Of a DNA stretch of 64,000 bases, positions 46,246 to 55,206 are shown one piece after another (positions within the stretch are counted from its first letter, which is position 1; each line of letters begins with the position of its first letter). The DNA comes from Myxococcota bacterium. GTDB lineage: Bacteria; Myxococcota_A; Polyangia; Nannocystales; Nannocystaceae. The stretch spans positions 32,001 to 96,000 of the forward strand of contig JBCCHT010000025.1 in NCBI GenBank assembly GCA_039028615.1, in the 5' to 3' direction. The translations under genes and the position numbers were made by a program. The notes under the pieces were generated by a model. That model did not search any database. It had not been told where the DNA came from and saw nothing but the letters and a program-made list of their open reading frames with translations.

Positions 46246-46279
46246 ACGGGCTCACGCGCGCACGTGGTGTCGTCCGTCG

Positions 46280-47635
46280 TCAGCGAACCCAGACCAGCGC
46301 GTCGCCGTCTCCGACCGCCTCGAACTCGACCGTATCGCCCGGCTCCAGCCCCACGACCAACTCGTGCCGTTGGTGCCCCTGCAGGGAGTCCAAGGCCCCT
46401 ACGCGAACGCCATTGACGAGGATCTGGACCCCTCGAACCGAGACCGCCCCGCCGACGTGCTTGACGGTCATCGAGCTGCGCCCGTCGGTCCGCACGGGCA
46501 CCCGTACCCGGGCGGGACACAGGTACTCCCGACCTCGACCGTCGCTGCGCTCGAGGCTCCAGCGATCGCCCGGCTCCTCGCCGAACGAGTAGTTCTGCAC
46601 GATCTTCGGGCCCGCGACCGGACGACTCGACAAGGTCCGCAGCTCGGACCGAATGGCCGCCAGCGCCTCCAGCACCGTGCTCCACAGCCCCTCGCCGCTC
46701 GCCTCCGCGTCGTCGACCCACCCGAACATGTGGCGGCGCTCGCCGAAGTGGAAGTCGTTGACGTAGGGCGGCACCTCGAACTCTCCGCCGGGCAGCGGCT
46801 TGCGGTCGCGAGTCCACCACGCCCGCGTGATCCAGCCGCCCGGCGACAAGATCAAGTGCACGTCGTTGCAGCCCATGGGCGCCTCGTCGGGATCGCGCTC
46901 GCTGTCGGGCATGGGCTTGCCGTCGCGGGTCCAGTACACGCGCCACACTCGGAACGAGTCACCGTCGCGCTCGAAGTCGATGCCGATGTCGTTGGCGCCC
47001 TCGGGGGCCTTGCGACGCCGCATCTCCTTGCCGTCCTTGGTGTAGACCACCTCCGCACCAGCCGCCACGAACTCGAGGTGGAGGTCGTTGGCCTCGATCG
47101 GGGGTCGCTCGGCCGGGCCATAGCGTTGGCCGTCCCGCGTCCACACCAGCTGAATGTCCTCGGGCGGCTCTTGCTTCGGCCGCCACGGGAAATTCTCGAG
47201 GAGCCCGAAGTGCACGTCGTTGGGCTTCAGCGTCTCGAAGGGAAACTTGATGTCGCCGATCGGCGTGCCGTCGCGAGTCCACCACGCCGCCGTGATGTGA
47301 CCGCCGCCCCGCGGGAGGATCAGGTGACCGTCGTCCGCGCCCTCGGGCGCGGGCTGGGCCCCTCCCTTCATGCGCTCACCGTCGCGAGTCCAGTACATCC
47401 GCCGGATCGACGGCGCCCCTGCCGAGTACAGCTCGAAGTCGAACCCGACGTCGTTGGCTCCCTCGGGCGCGGGGATGGGCTTGCCGATCGGTTTGCCGCC
47501 ACGGGTGAACTGGGCGAAAGCCCCTCCCTGGCCGCCATTGAAGCGCAGATGCAGATCGTTGGCACCTTCGGGGATCCAGTCGATCGGCCTCCCGATGGGC
47601 ATGCCGTTGCGGGTAAATCGAAGTCTGGGGGTCAT
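46280..47635 (-). CDS. orphan protein with eight [WFY]T[RK]xG...ND repeats
   Basis: AAGGA RBS; strong GC3 bias; 2x4 internal repeats. Confidence 0.85.
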   Translation of the reverse strand: MTPRLRFTRNGMPIGRPIDWIPEGANDLHLRFNGGQGGAFAQFTRGGKPIGKPIPAPEGANDVGFDFELYSAGAPSIRRMYWTRDGERMKGGAQPAPEGADDGHLILPRGGGHITAAWWTRDGTPIGDIKFPFETLKPNDVHFGLLENFPWRPKQEPPEDIQLVWTRDGQRYGPAERPPIEANDLHLEFVAAGAEVVYTKDGKEMRRRKAPEGANDIGIDFERDGDSFRVWRVYWTRDGKPMPDSERDPDEAPMGCNDVHLILSPGGWITRAWWTRDRKPLPGGEFEVPPYVNDFHFGERRHMFGWVDDAEASGEGLWSTVLEALAAIRSELRTLSSRPVAGPKIVQNYSFGEEPGDRWSLERSDGRGREYLCPARVRVPVRTDGRSSMTVKHVGGAVSVRGVQILVNGVRVGALDSLQGHQRHELVVGLEPGDTVEFEAVGDGDALVWVR

Positions 47636-47727
47636 TGCGGGCGTCCTTTTTTGTCGATGACGTGACCCATCGCCCTCGGCCGCCCACACCCGGGCGACCG
47701 AGCCCACGGGTCCGGTTGTGCGGGCCA

Positions 47728-47755
47728 TGGACGGCCACGAGCCCCCGCGTGACGG
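47728..47755 (-). promoter_or_regulatory. putative ECF promoter CCGTCAC-N15-CGTCCA (repeat-protein gene)
   Basis: Exact match to copies at 47871 and 51676. Confidence 0.8.
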
Positions 47756-47870
47756 ATCGATTTCGACCCCACCGAGGCCCACGTCGGCCCCGCCCTGCCG
47801 CCGAGGACCGACCACGGATCGAGGCCGTGGCGACCCGAAAACGGCGCTCCGCAATTTTGTTGCCGCGAAG

Positions 47871-47898
47871 CCGTCACATTCGATGACGATCGCGTCCA
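47871..47898 (+). promoter_or_regulatory. putative ECF promoter CCGTCAC-N15-CGTCCA (subtilase-sigma-anti-sigma operon)
   Basis: Ends 10 nt before ATG 47909. Confidence 0.8.
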
Positions 47899-47908
47899 GG
47901 ACTCTCCG

Positions 47909-50098
47909 ATGGACCTTCGTCTCCCGTGCGTCTTTGGCTTGGTCGGCTCGCTCGCCTTGGTGGGCTGCCTCAACTCCAATCCTTCACAAACGTCCGCGAC
48001 CGGCCCCGGCGACGACAAGGGCGACGAAGGCACCATCATCGTTCCGCCCCCGCCCCCGCCTCCGCCTCCACCTCCGCCCCCGCCGCCCGTGGTCGAACCC
48101 GCGTGCCCCGGGAATCCGAATCCGACGCGGTACATCGCGATCATGGAGGACCCCGCCGCCTGCGTCGGCACGGAGGAGTGGAGCGCCGCGCCGCTGTTCC
48201 GAGCGCCGGGAACCGGGCTCGCCGTCGGTGCGCCCGGCCCGGTCGAGGTCGAGGCCAAAGCGGCGGCCGAGGCTCAGGTCCCGGCCGAGGTCGAAGAACT
48301 GGAGGCACCGCCCTCGCCCTGGCCGGAGCCCCTGCGGAGCTTCTGCGAGTACGAGTGGCGAGGCGAGACCGAAGTCCCCGGGCCTCCCGAGGTCGATGCC
48401 ATCGAGATCGATCCCGACTGCAATCGCTTGCTGCCCCAAGCCCCCGCGCGCAACACCATCGAAGACGACCGCAAGGAGCTGCGCCGACGGCAGGCGGTCC
48501 GCACCGAACTGGAGCTCGGGTTCCCCGATCGTCGCGGCCCCTCCCCGGTCGTCGCGAACGGACCCTACGTCGCCATCGTCGATACGGCCGACACCACCGC
48601 CCCGGGTGCCCCGACGCCTCCCTATTGGTCCGCCGACCCGAACCGAGCGTCCCAGCGACATGGCCTGATGATGCAGGGCCTGGTCGATGCGGTGCGCTGC
48701 TCCGAAAGCCCCGGCGACACCTGCCGCAACCGACGGTTCACGGTGCAGGCGTTCACTCGCGGCACCATCCCCGGTCAGCTCGGCAGCCTCGGCTCGCTGG
48801 CGCAAGCGCTGAGCGTAGCGATGGTGCAGTGGCAGGCCCAGCCCGACGCCGCCAATTCCGGTCTGGTGATCAACATGAGCCTCGGCTGGGATCTGCTGCC
48901 GTCGGAGGCCCTGGACGACAACCACATGAACCTGCTGCAGAACGGGCCCGACCCGGTCCCCGTGCCCGCCCGCGCGGTGCATGCCGCGTTGGCCTGGGCC
49001 GCCTGCCGTGGTGCGCTGAGCTTTGCGTCGTCGGGCAACGATCGGGGCATTGCGTGCGAGCAGACCGGGGCGATGGGCCCCGCCGCCTGGGAACAATGGG
49101 CCGCCCCCACGGCGGCCGCCTGCACGCCGCACTTCGGGGCGCCCCCCGCCAGCGTCACCGCGGGCAACGGTGCTCGCCTCGTGGCCGCGGTCGGCGGAGT
49201 GGAGATGAACGATCAACCGCTCGCGATCACCCGCCGCGGCAGCCTGCCCACACGAGTCATGTACGCCCACGAGGCGGTCATTGCCGTCGAGGGCGGTGCG
49301 TTCTCCGAGCCCTGGACGGGGACCTCGGTGCCCACCGCCGTGGCCTCCGCCCTCGCGAGCGCCCTGCCCAACCGCGGTCCCACGCCGACCCCCGCCGAGC
49401 GCCTGCAACGCATCGACGCCAGCGGAACGGCGATCGGCAAGCAGGCCGAGCTGTACCCCGGAACCCAGAGCTCCCCGGCCAAGCGCATCGACGTCCGCCA
49501 GGCCTCGGCCTTGGTCCGCCGCTTGGTGCAGCCGCCGAGCGCCCGGCCCCCGAAGGTCGACGAGGCCTTCGCCGCGCTGGTCTCCGGGCACTTCCCCGCC
49601 CCGGCCACGATGCTCGGCGTCAACCGACCGCGGTCGGGAGGCCCCGTCTGCGAAAACGCCGACGTGGACGCCTTCGGCACCAGCCCCGCCCGGCGGCAGC
49701 CCCAAGTCACGGACCTGGCCGCCGCCACCCGGCCGCAGCCCCACGTGCCGATCTGCCCCGACTGCACCATCTTCCGCCCCACGGGCACCACGCAGTACCA
49801 AATGACGGTCGACCTCGAGCCCGAGTACGAGCAGACCCGGATCGATCGAACGACGCTCAGCTTCTTCGACGAGAGCACCAACACCTTCCTGGTCGTGGAG
49901 CTCGATGACACCATCGACCCCGACGCGCTCCAGGTCCTCTCGCTCAATCGCCCGCAGCTGCCGGGCGGGGGCTCGCTCGCCGACTGGCTCGAAAATCGCC
50001 CTGCCGTCGTCAAGGGACGCGTCTCGTTCTCGGTCGACGACGGGAGCGGCAACCCGCCACAGATGGTCAACGAAGAGATCATCATCTCGCGACGATGA
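47909..50098 (+). CDS. S8 subtilase-like serine peptidase, lipoprotein
   Basis: LVGC lipobox; VAIVDT (Asp), RHG (His), VINMSLGW, SSGND, GTSVPTAVAS (Ser). Confidence 0.85.
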   Translation: MDLRLPCVFGLVGSLALVGCLNSNPSQTSATGPGDDKGDEGTIIVPPPPPPPPPPPPPPPVVEPACPGNPNPTRYIAIMEDPAACVGTEEWSAAPLFRAPGTGLAVGAPGPVEVEAKAAAEAQVPAEVEELEAPPSPWPEPLRSFCEYEWRGETEVPGPPEVDAIEIDPDCNRLLPQAPARNTIEDDRKELRRRQAVRTELELGFPDRRGPSPVVANGPYVAIVDTADTTAPGAPTPPYWSADPNRASQRHGLMMQGLVDAVRCSESPGDTCRNRRFTVQAFTRGTIPGQLGSLGSLAQALSVAMVQWQAQPDAANSGLVINMSLGWDLLPSEALDDNHMNLLQNGPDPVPVPARAVHAALAWAACRGALSFASSGNDRGIACEQTGAMGPAAWEQWAAPTAAACTPHFGAPPASVTAGNGARLVAAVGGVEMNDQPLAITRRGSLPTRVMYAHEAVIAVEGGAFSEPWTGTSVPTAVASALASALPNRGPTPTPAERLQRIDASGTAIGKQAELYPGTQSSPAKRIDVRQASALVRRLVQPPSARPPKVDEAFAALVSGHFPAPATMLGVNRPRSGGPVCENADVDAFGTSPARRQPQVTDLAAATRPQPHVPICPDCTIFRPTGTTQYQMTVDLEPEYEQTRIDRTTLSFFDESTNTFLVVELDDTIDPDALQVLSLNRPQLPGGGSLADWLENRPAVVKGRVSFSVDDGSGNPPQMVNEEIIISRR
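48044..48088 (+). repeat. poly-proline tract (15 codons)
   Basis: CCN x15 within the subtilase N-terminus. Confidence 0.9.
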
Positions 50099-50745
50099 AC
50101 CTCGGGGCGACGGCTCTCGGACAGGAGGTCGTGATATGGTGCCGTCGCCCGAGCATGACGCCCGAGGAGATCGACAGTGCGTGTCGCGGCGATGGCGACG
50201 CCCTGACCTCCCTGGTCGAGGTTCTGCTACCGGTGATCAAGGTCGAGGTCGTGGTGGCCCTCCAGCAACGATCGGGAGCCCGCGGGCGTGACGTCCGGCA
50301 AGACGTCGACGACTTCGTGCAGGACGTGATGCTGCATCTGCTCGACAACGACGGTCGCGTCCTCCAAGACTGGGACCCCGCGCGCGGGCGCTCGCTGCCG
50401 AGCTTCGTGCGCATGGTGACCCGCCACCGCGTCGCCCGGGTCCTCGAAGGATTCCGCGGCAATCCCTGGAGCACCGATCCGGTCGAGCACGAGGACCTCG
50501 AGCAGCTCCGCGCGGACACCAGCGGCACCTTTCGCCGCCTCGCCTCCCGCGACGAGCTCGCCCATGTGCTCGAGGCCCTGTGGGCACGGCTCGACGCCCG
50601 CGGCCGCGAGCTGTTCCAGCTGCTCTTCGTCGAGCAGCGCCCCACCGCCGAGGTCTGCGAGCGCATGCAGATGACCCCCGCCGCCGTTCGGCAGTGGACG
50701 GCTCGAATGCGCCGAAACCTGCGCAAGCTGGAGGAGGCGGCATGA
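50095..50745 (+). CDS. ECF RNA polymerase sigma factor
   Basis: DVDDFVQDVMLHL...WDPARG.SLPSFV sigma2; EVCERMQMTPAAVRQWTARMR sigma4; start may be 50155. Confidence 0.88.
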   Translation: MNLGATALGQEVVIWCRRPSMTPEEIDSACRGDGDALTSLVEVLLPVIKVEVVVALQQRSGARGRDVRQDVDDFVQDVMLHLLDNDGRVLQDWDPARGRSLPSFVRMVTRHRVARVLEGFRGNPWSTDPVEHEDLEQLRADTSGTFRRLASRDELAHVLEALWARLDARGRELFQLLFVEQRPTAEVCERMQMTPAAVRQWTARMRRNLRKLEEAA

Positions 50746-51578
50746 CCGGCCCCGAGATCGACGAGCCGATGCTGGACGCGCTGGGCAAGCTCGAGCGCGA
50801 GCGCGCCGCGTCGATCCCCGCGGGGCTCGAGGACTACGTCGCGGGTCGACGCTCGGCCGAGGACGTGCTCGCCGAGGCGCCCCCCGAGGACCGAGAGCGG
50901 GTCCAAGCCATGCTCGACGCCCTCGGCCCCGCGGATCCCGAAGCGCCCCGGGCCTGGGCCACGCGGCTGACCGCTCAGCTCGAAGCTCGAGCCGCCGATC
51001 GAGCGGAGCCCGAAGCCGAACCCCCCATCGACCTGGCCGAACGCCGTCGCTCGCGGGTCGTGGTGTGGACGGTGGCGGCCACTGCCGTGGCCGCGGCCGC
51101 TGTGGCCGTGCTGACCCTGATGCCCCGGGGTCAGCCCGCACCCGAACCCGACGGAGATCCCCCTGCGGTCGGCACCTCCTTGCCCTCGTTCACGCTGACC
51201 GTGCGCGACTCTTCCGTGCAGACGATCCGCGGCGAGCCCGACCTGAGCAAACCCGCCCGCTACCTGCCGACCTCGCAGATCCACTGGGTGCTCAGCCCGC
51301 TACGCCCCCAGGACGGGCCGCTCGGCGTGCGCGTGCTGGCGCAGGACGACCAGGGCGCTCGACGCTTGCTCACCCCGGCCGAGCCGCGCCGACTCGACAA
51401 CGGGGCGATCGAGATCGAGGGTCGCTTGGCCCAGCAGCTCGAGCTTCCCGCCGGCCACTGGACGCTGCGGTTCGTCGTGGGTGAGCAAGCCTCGCTGCCG
51501 AGCGATCCGGCCGCCGTCGATCGGGGTGGCCCGTGGGTCGTCGCCGAGCCGGCCTACGTGGTGCACGTGACCGACTGA
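50742..51578 (+). CDS. putative membrane anti-sigma factor
   Basis: GGAGG RBS, ATGA overlap with sigma; ~100 aa cytoplasmic part, single TM, beta-rich C-terminal domain. Confidence 0.78.
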   Translation: MTGPEIDEPMLDALGKLERERAASIPAGLEDYVAGRRSAEDVLAEAPPEDRERVQAMLDALGPADPEAPRAWATRLTAQLEARAADRAEPEAEPPIDLAERRRSRVVVWTVAATAVAAAAVAVLTLMPRGQPAPEPDGDPPAVGTSLPSFTLTVRDSSVQTIRGEPDLSKPARYLPTSQIHWVLSPLRPQDGPLGVRVLAQDDQGARRLLTPAEPRRLDNGAIEIEGRLAQQLELPAGHWTLRFVVGEQASLPSDPAAVDRGGPWVVAEPAYVVHVTD

Positions 51579-51675
51579 TCGGCACCGCCCACGCGGCGCC
51601 ACGAAGGAGCGATCCAGCCCGGCTCTTCGCAGGTCGGTGGGTCGCTCGTTTTTTTCACCCTCCGCGGTCACGACC

Positions 51676-51703
51676 CCGTCACGCCAGGGCCTGTCGCCGT
51701 CCA
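51676..51703 (+). promoter_or_regulatory. putative ECF promoter CCGTCAC-N15-CGTCCA
   Basis: Third exact copy, upstream of 51829. Confidence 0.8.
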
Positions 51704-51828
51704 TGGAGGCGTAACCCCCCGGGCTCGCCGCTGGACTCCCCACCGCGGCGGGCCTCCGCCCGGGCGTGCGCCGCCGTACGACGGCGCACGCTCTGTCCCC
51801 CCCAAAAAAAAACAAAGAGAGACCGACA

Positions 51829-52980
51829 ATGGCGAAAGGCCGCACCTGGTGCATCGACTTTCAAACCGCCGCGACCAAGGCGGGCGACGTGAGCGTGAAG
51901 TATCGCGTCAAGCTCCCCAACGGCATGATCCAAGAGCTCAACGGTAGCTGGCAGGGCTACCCGATCGGCATGACCCCCGACGCGAAGGCGACCCGTTTTT
52001 TCAGGCGCCTGTCCACCGATCCCAACATGAGCTCGCTGGTCAACGTGTCCCGGGCCGGCAATACCGTCTGCTTTCAGCTCAAGGACGGCGCCCCCTACGA
52101 CGACATCGAGGGCATCGAGGTCGGCGACGAGACGGGACAGATCATCCACACCTACGACGATCCGCCGCCCGCCGACACCTCGCCGCTCGGGCCCCTCGAC
52201 ACGGTGCGGCTCGTGCTGTCCCCCAACGGGCGTCGCTCCGCCGAGGGCGGCAACGTGTGGCTGGGCATCGGCGTCACCGCCCCGCTCGTCTGCGTGCCCA
52301 CCCGACCCGAGGGCGGACGGCTCGACGTGGCCGCCGTGATCGAAGCGATCGTCAGAGCGTTCAACGAGGCGTACGCGGAGCTCGGCTACGAAGCCGCCCC
52401 CGGCAACGACGGCGAGGTCATCATCCCCGAGGTCCCCTGCAAGCTCGGCGTCCGCGGAGGGACCGACGACCCCGACCTGAGCTCCTCGCTCGGGCTGGTC
52501 AACCCGGCGGCGGGCGGCTTCGAACGGCCCTTCTCCAAGGCCGACGCGCTTCGGGCCGCCTTGGAGGTCATCGACGCCCGACTGCGCCGCACCTTCCCTC
52601 ATACCGCGGCCGGGGCCGGCATGGTGACCGGAGAGATCGCCCTGCAGGTGGTCGGCGGGACCGTGGCCGCGTGCCCCAACCCTTACGACGACGTCATCGC
52701 GGAACTCGAGGGCATCAAGGGCACCCTCGAGCGCCTGAAGAAGGGGCGCACCGACGCCCAGAAGAAGGCGCTCGAAGAGGCCCGCACCAAGATCCAAGAG
52801 GCGATCGACGGCCTCGAGAAGATGCGCGACTCCGACCCCAACGCGCCGAGCGAGGGTGACATCCAAAAGGCCCTCCGCGACGCGGCCGACAAGATCGACG
52901 AGGCCAACCCCAACCGCCGCAACGGCTCGCTGCGTCGCCAGGCCGACGCCCTGAGGGACATCGAGCGCAACCTGTTCTGA
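51829..52980 (+). CDS. hypothetical protein (beta-rich N-terminus, coiled-coil C-terminus)
   Basis: A-rich leader with GAGAG; strong GC3 bias; no signal peptide. Confidence 0.85.
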   Translation: MAKGRTWCIDFQTAATKAGDVSVKYRVKLPNGMIQELNGSWQGYPIGMTPDAKATRFFRRLSTDPNMSSLVNVSRAGNTVCFQLKDGAPYDDIEGIEVGDETGQIIHTYDDPPPADTSPLGPLDTVRLVLSPNGRRSAEGGNVWLGIGVTAPLVCVPTRPEGGRLDVAAVIEAIVRAFNEAYAELGYEAAPGNDGEVIIPEVPCKLGVRGGTDDPDLSSSLGLVNPAAGGFERPFSKADALRAALEVIDARLRRTFPHTAAGAGMVTGEIALQVVGGTVAACPNPYDDVIAELEGIKGTLERLKKGRTDAQKKALEEARTKIQEAIDGLEKMRDSDPNAPSEGDIQKALRDAADKIDEANPNRRNGSLRRQADALRDIERNLF

Positions 52981-53012
52981 TTCGTTTCCCGTCCCCCCGG
53001 GAACCCCGACCC

Positions 53013-53071
53013 GGCGTGCCGTCCCCCGCCCCCGTCCGCATACGAACGGGGGGCGGCGCGTCGCGGGCTTT
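53013..53071 (+). terminator. long GC hairpin after CDS
   Basis: GGCGTGCCGTCCCCCG pairs with CGGGGGGCGGCGCGTC (with G-U), then TTT. Confidence 0.5.
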
Positions 53072-53198
53072 GGTGAAGAAAAAATTCACACCGATCGAGT
53101 CGGTCGTGAATAGGAATGCGATCGGCGGGGCACTCCCTAACGTCGCCTCGCGTCGCGCGTCTCGTGGAGCCGTGGCCGCAGGTGCGGGAGTCAGGCCC

Positions 53199-54005
53199 AT
53201 GAACGATCATCATCCGCGGCTTCATCGAGCCGCAGGACTCGCCCTCGTGCTCGGCGGGTCGGCGCTCGCCGTCCTCGCGGGCGCATGCGACGTAGACCCG
53301 GCCGCGCGCACGGGCGGCCTCGTCGCCGAGGACCAGACGCGCATGCACGTCTCGGAGCTCCCCGACGGGGCGAGCGGCGATTCCTGCGTCGCGCGCTGCG
53401 GAACCTGGACCACGGGCGCCACGTGCCAGTGCGACGACGAGTGTGGCGAGTACGGAGACTGTTGCGACGACCTCGAGGTCCTGTGCACCGAGGACGATGG
53501 CGGCGTGGCCAAGGACCCCCTGGCCGAGTACTGCTACGACGTCGTCGACGAGCTATGGGACGGCATCGCGGACGAAGAGGCGATGCTCGAGGCGATCAAC
53601 GAGCGTCGCCAGCACGAGCAGGACTGCGGCACCGAAGGGGTATTTGCCCCCGCACCACCGCTGAGCCTCGATCCCTCCGCTCAGTGCGCCGCCCGCAATC
53701 ACAGCATGAACATGGCGAAGTTCGATTTCTTCGCCCACAACGATCCCGAGGGTCGACGCGTGAAGGACCGGCTCGATCTCGCGGGCGAGAGCTTCATGAG
53801 CGTGTGGGGCGAGAACATCCACGGTGGCTCCCCCACGGCCGAGGAGGCCGTCGATTCATTGATCAAGAGCGATGGCCACTGCGCCAACATCATGAGCCCC
53901 GACTTCACTCGCGTGGGCGTTGGCCATCACCCCGGTCCTACCGTCCACCCCGTCACTGCCGAGCCGCTGCATCACCTTTGGACTCAGGTGTTCTGGAGCC
54001 CCTAG
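53199..54005 (+). CDS. CAP (SCP) domain lipoprotein with somatomedin-B-like module
   Basis: LAGAC lipobox; SCVARC...CQCDDECGEYGDCCDD...C; INERR, AARNHS, FFAH, GENI, SDGHCANIM, WTQVF. Confidence 0.9.
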   Translation: MNDHHPRLHRAAGLALVLGGSALAVLAGACDVDPAARTGGLVAEDQTRMHVSELPDGASGDSCVARCGTWTTGATCQCDDECGEYGDCCDDLEVLCTEDDGGVAKDPLAEYCYDVVDELWDGIADEEAMLEAINERRQHEQDCGTEGVFAPAPPLSLDPSAQCAARNHSMNMAKFDFFAHNDPEGRRVKDRLDLAGESFMSVWGENIHGGSPTAEEAVDSLIKSDGHCANIMSPDFTRVGVGHHPGPTVHPVTAEPLHHLWTQVFWSP

Positions 54006-54152
54006 AACACCGAGCGTCGAGACTTGGGGCCATGAAGCCTGCGACCGAGGTCTCAGCCCCCCGACAGGCTGGCCTTGAACGGGCCACAACGAGCCAATTT
54101 CGACATTTTTAGATGGATCGGACGACGTCGCGACATCCACGGATGGTTGGTG

Positions 54153-55037
54153 ATGCTTCGTTCGATTGGACTCCGAGGTTCGGCCTGGTTTTGTTTGTGT
54201 CTCGCGCTCGCGTGCACGCGAGAGAACCCAGCGTTCAATGACGACGCCGAACTCGGCACCACCGCCGCGAGCGAGGCCGGGGGCGGGGTCGGGGGCGCCG
54301 ACGGTGACACCGCCGCGCCCATGGGCTCCGACTCGGCGGCCACGAGTGGCGGCGGCCAAGGCATGACCGGCGACGGCGCGGCCGACATGACCGGCGCAGA
54401 CGAAGGCTCGAGCGGAGACCAAGTGCCGCCGCCGGAGACCACGGGCGAGGTCGAAGAACCAGCCGGTGTCTTGTTCGTGAACTTCGACGGCGTGACCCTG
54501 GCCTTCGGCCTCGACAACGCGACCACCAACACCTCCGAGATCGCCGGTCGCTTCGCCGGCCTGCCCCTGGCTCCCTTCGGCCGCGGCCCGCAGCAAGAGG
54601 AGATCATGGACCGGCTGCACGAGATCTGGGACCCCTTCAACGTCGAGGTCACCGACGAGCGGCCCGAGTCGGGGAACTTCGCGATGATCGTCGTGACCCC
54701 GACCAACCCCTTCGGCTTCGAGGCGCTCGGCGTCGCCAGCCAGGATTGCGGGAACGGGAACCCGAACAGCGTGGGCTTTGCGTTCTCCAGCGTCGACGCT
54801 CAGATCTCCACCGACGTCGTCGCGCTGGCGGTGAGCCACAGCGCGGGGCGGGGCTACGGACTCGAGTCCGTCGAAGGCGAGGACATCATGAGCGGAGACC
54901 CGATCCCCGGGGTCATGTTCACCGAGCCCTGCCGAGCCCTCGCGCAGCAGCCGATGTGTGGTCAGCACCAGGACTTCTGCCCCCCCGGACAGCAAAGCTC
55001 CGCGCTCGAGCTCGAAGCCGCCCTGCCCTGGCGCTGA
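54153..55037 (+). CDS. lipoprotein with degenerate metzincin-like domain
   Basis: ALAC lipobox; LFVNFDG, PFNVEVTDERP, SHSAGRGYGLES, DIM. Confidence 0.7.
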   Translation: MLRSIGLRGSAWFCLCLALACTRENPAFNDDAELGTTAASEAGGGVGGADGDTAAPMGSDSAATSGGGQGMTGDGAADMTGADEGSSGDQVPPPETTGEVEEPAGVLFVNFDGVTLAFGLDNATTNTSEIAGRFAGLPLAPFGRGPQQEEIMDRLHEIWDPFNVEVTDERPESGNFAMIVVTPTNPFGFEALGVASQDCGNGNPNSVGFAFSSVDAQISTDVVALAVSHSAGRGYGLESVEGEDIMSGDPIPGVMFTEPCRALAQQPMCGQHQDFCPPGQQSSALELEAALPWR

Positions 55038-55206
55038 GTCGGCCGCGGTCGAAGACGAGGTCGGTGATCGACCTACCTCTTCGGAGGTGGTGTCACCGTC
55101 GCCCTACAACCGGGTACATGCCAAACGCAGTTTGGGCCGCCTGGCACTCGCCCCGACGGCCGTTGTGCGTTGAACGACCCTGGTTTTGATCGGATAGTGA
55201 GAGCGC

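Noticed and set aside
43432..51578. Type III-E CRISPR (Craspase) locus
   Set aside because: No Cas7-11, cas1 or repeat-spacer array in the window; only a functional analogy
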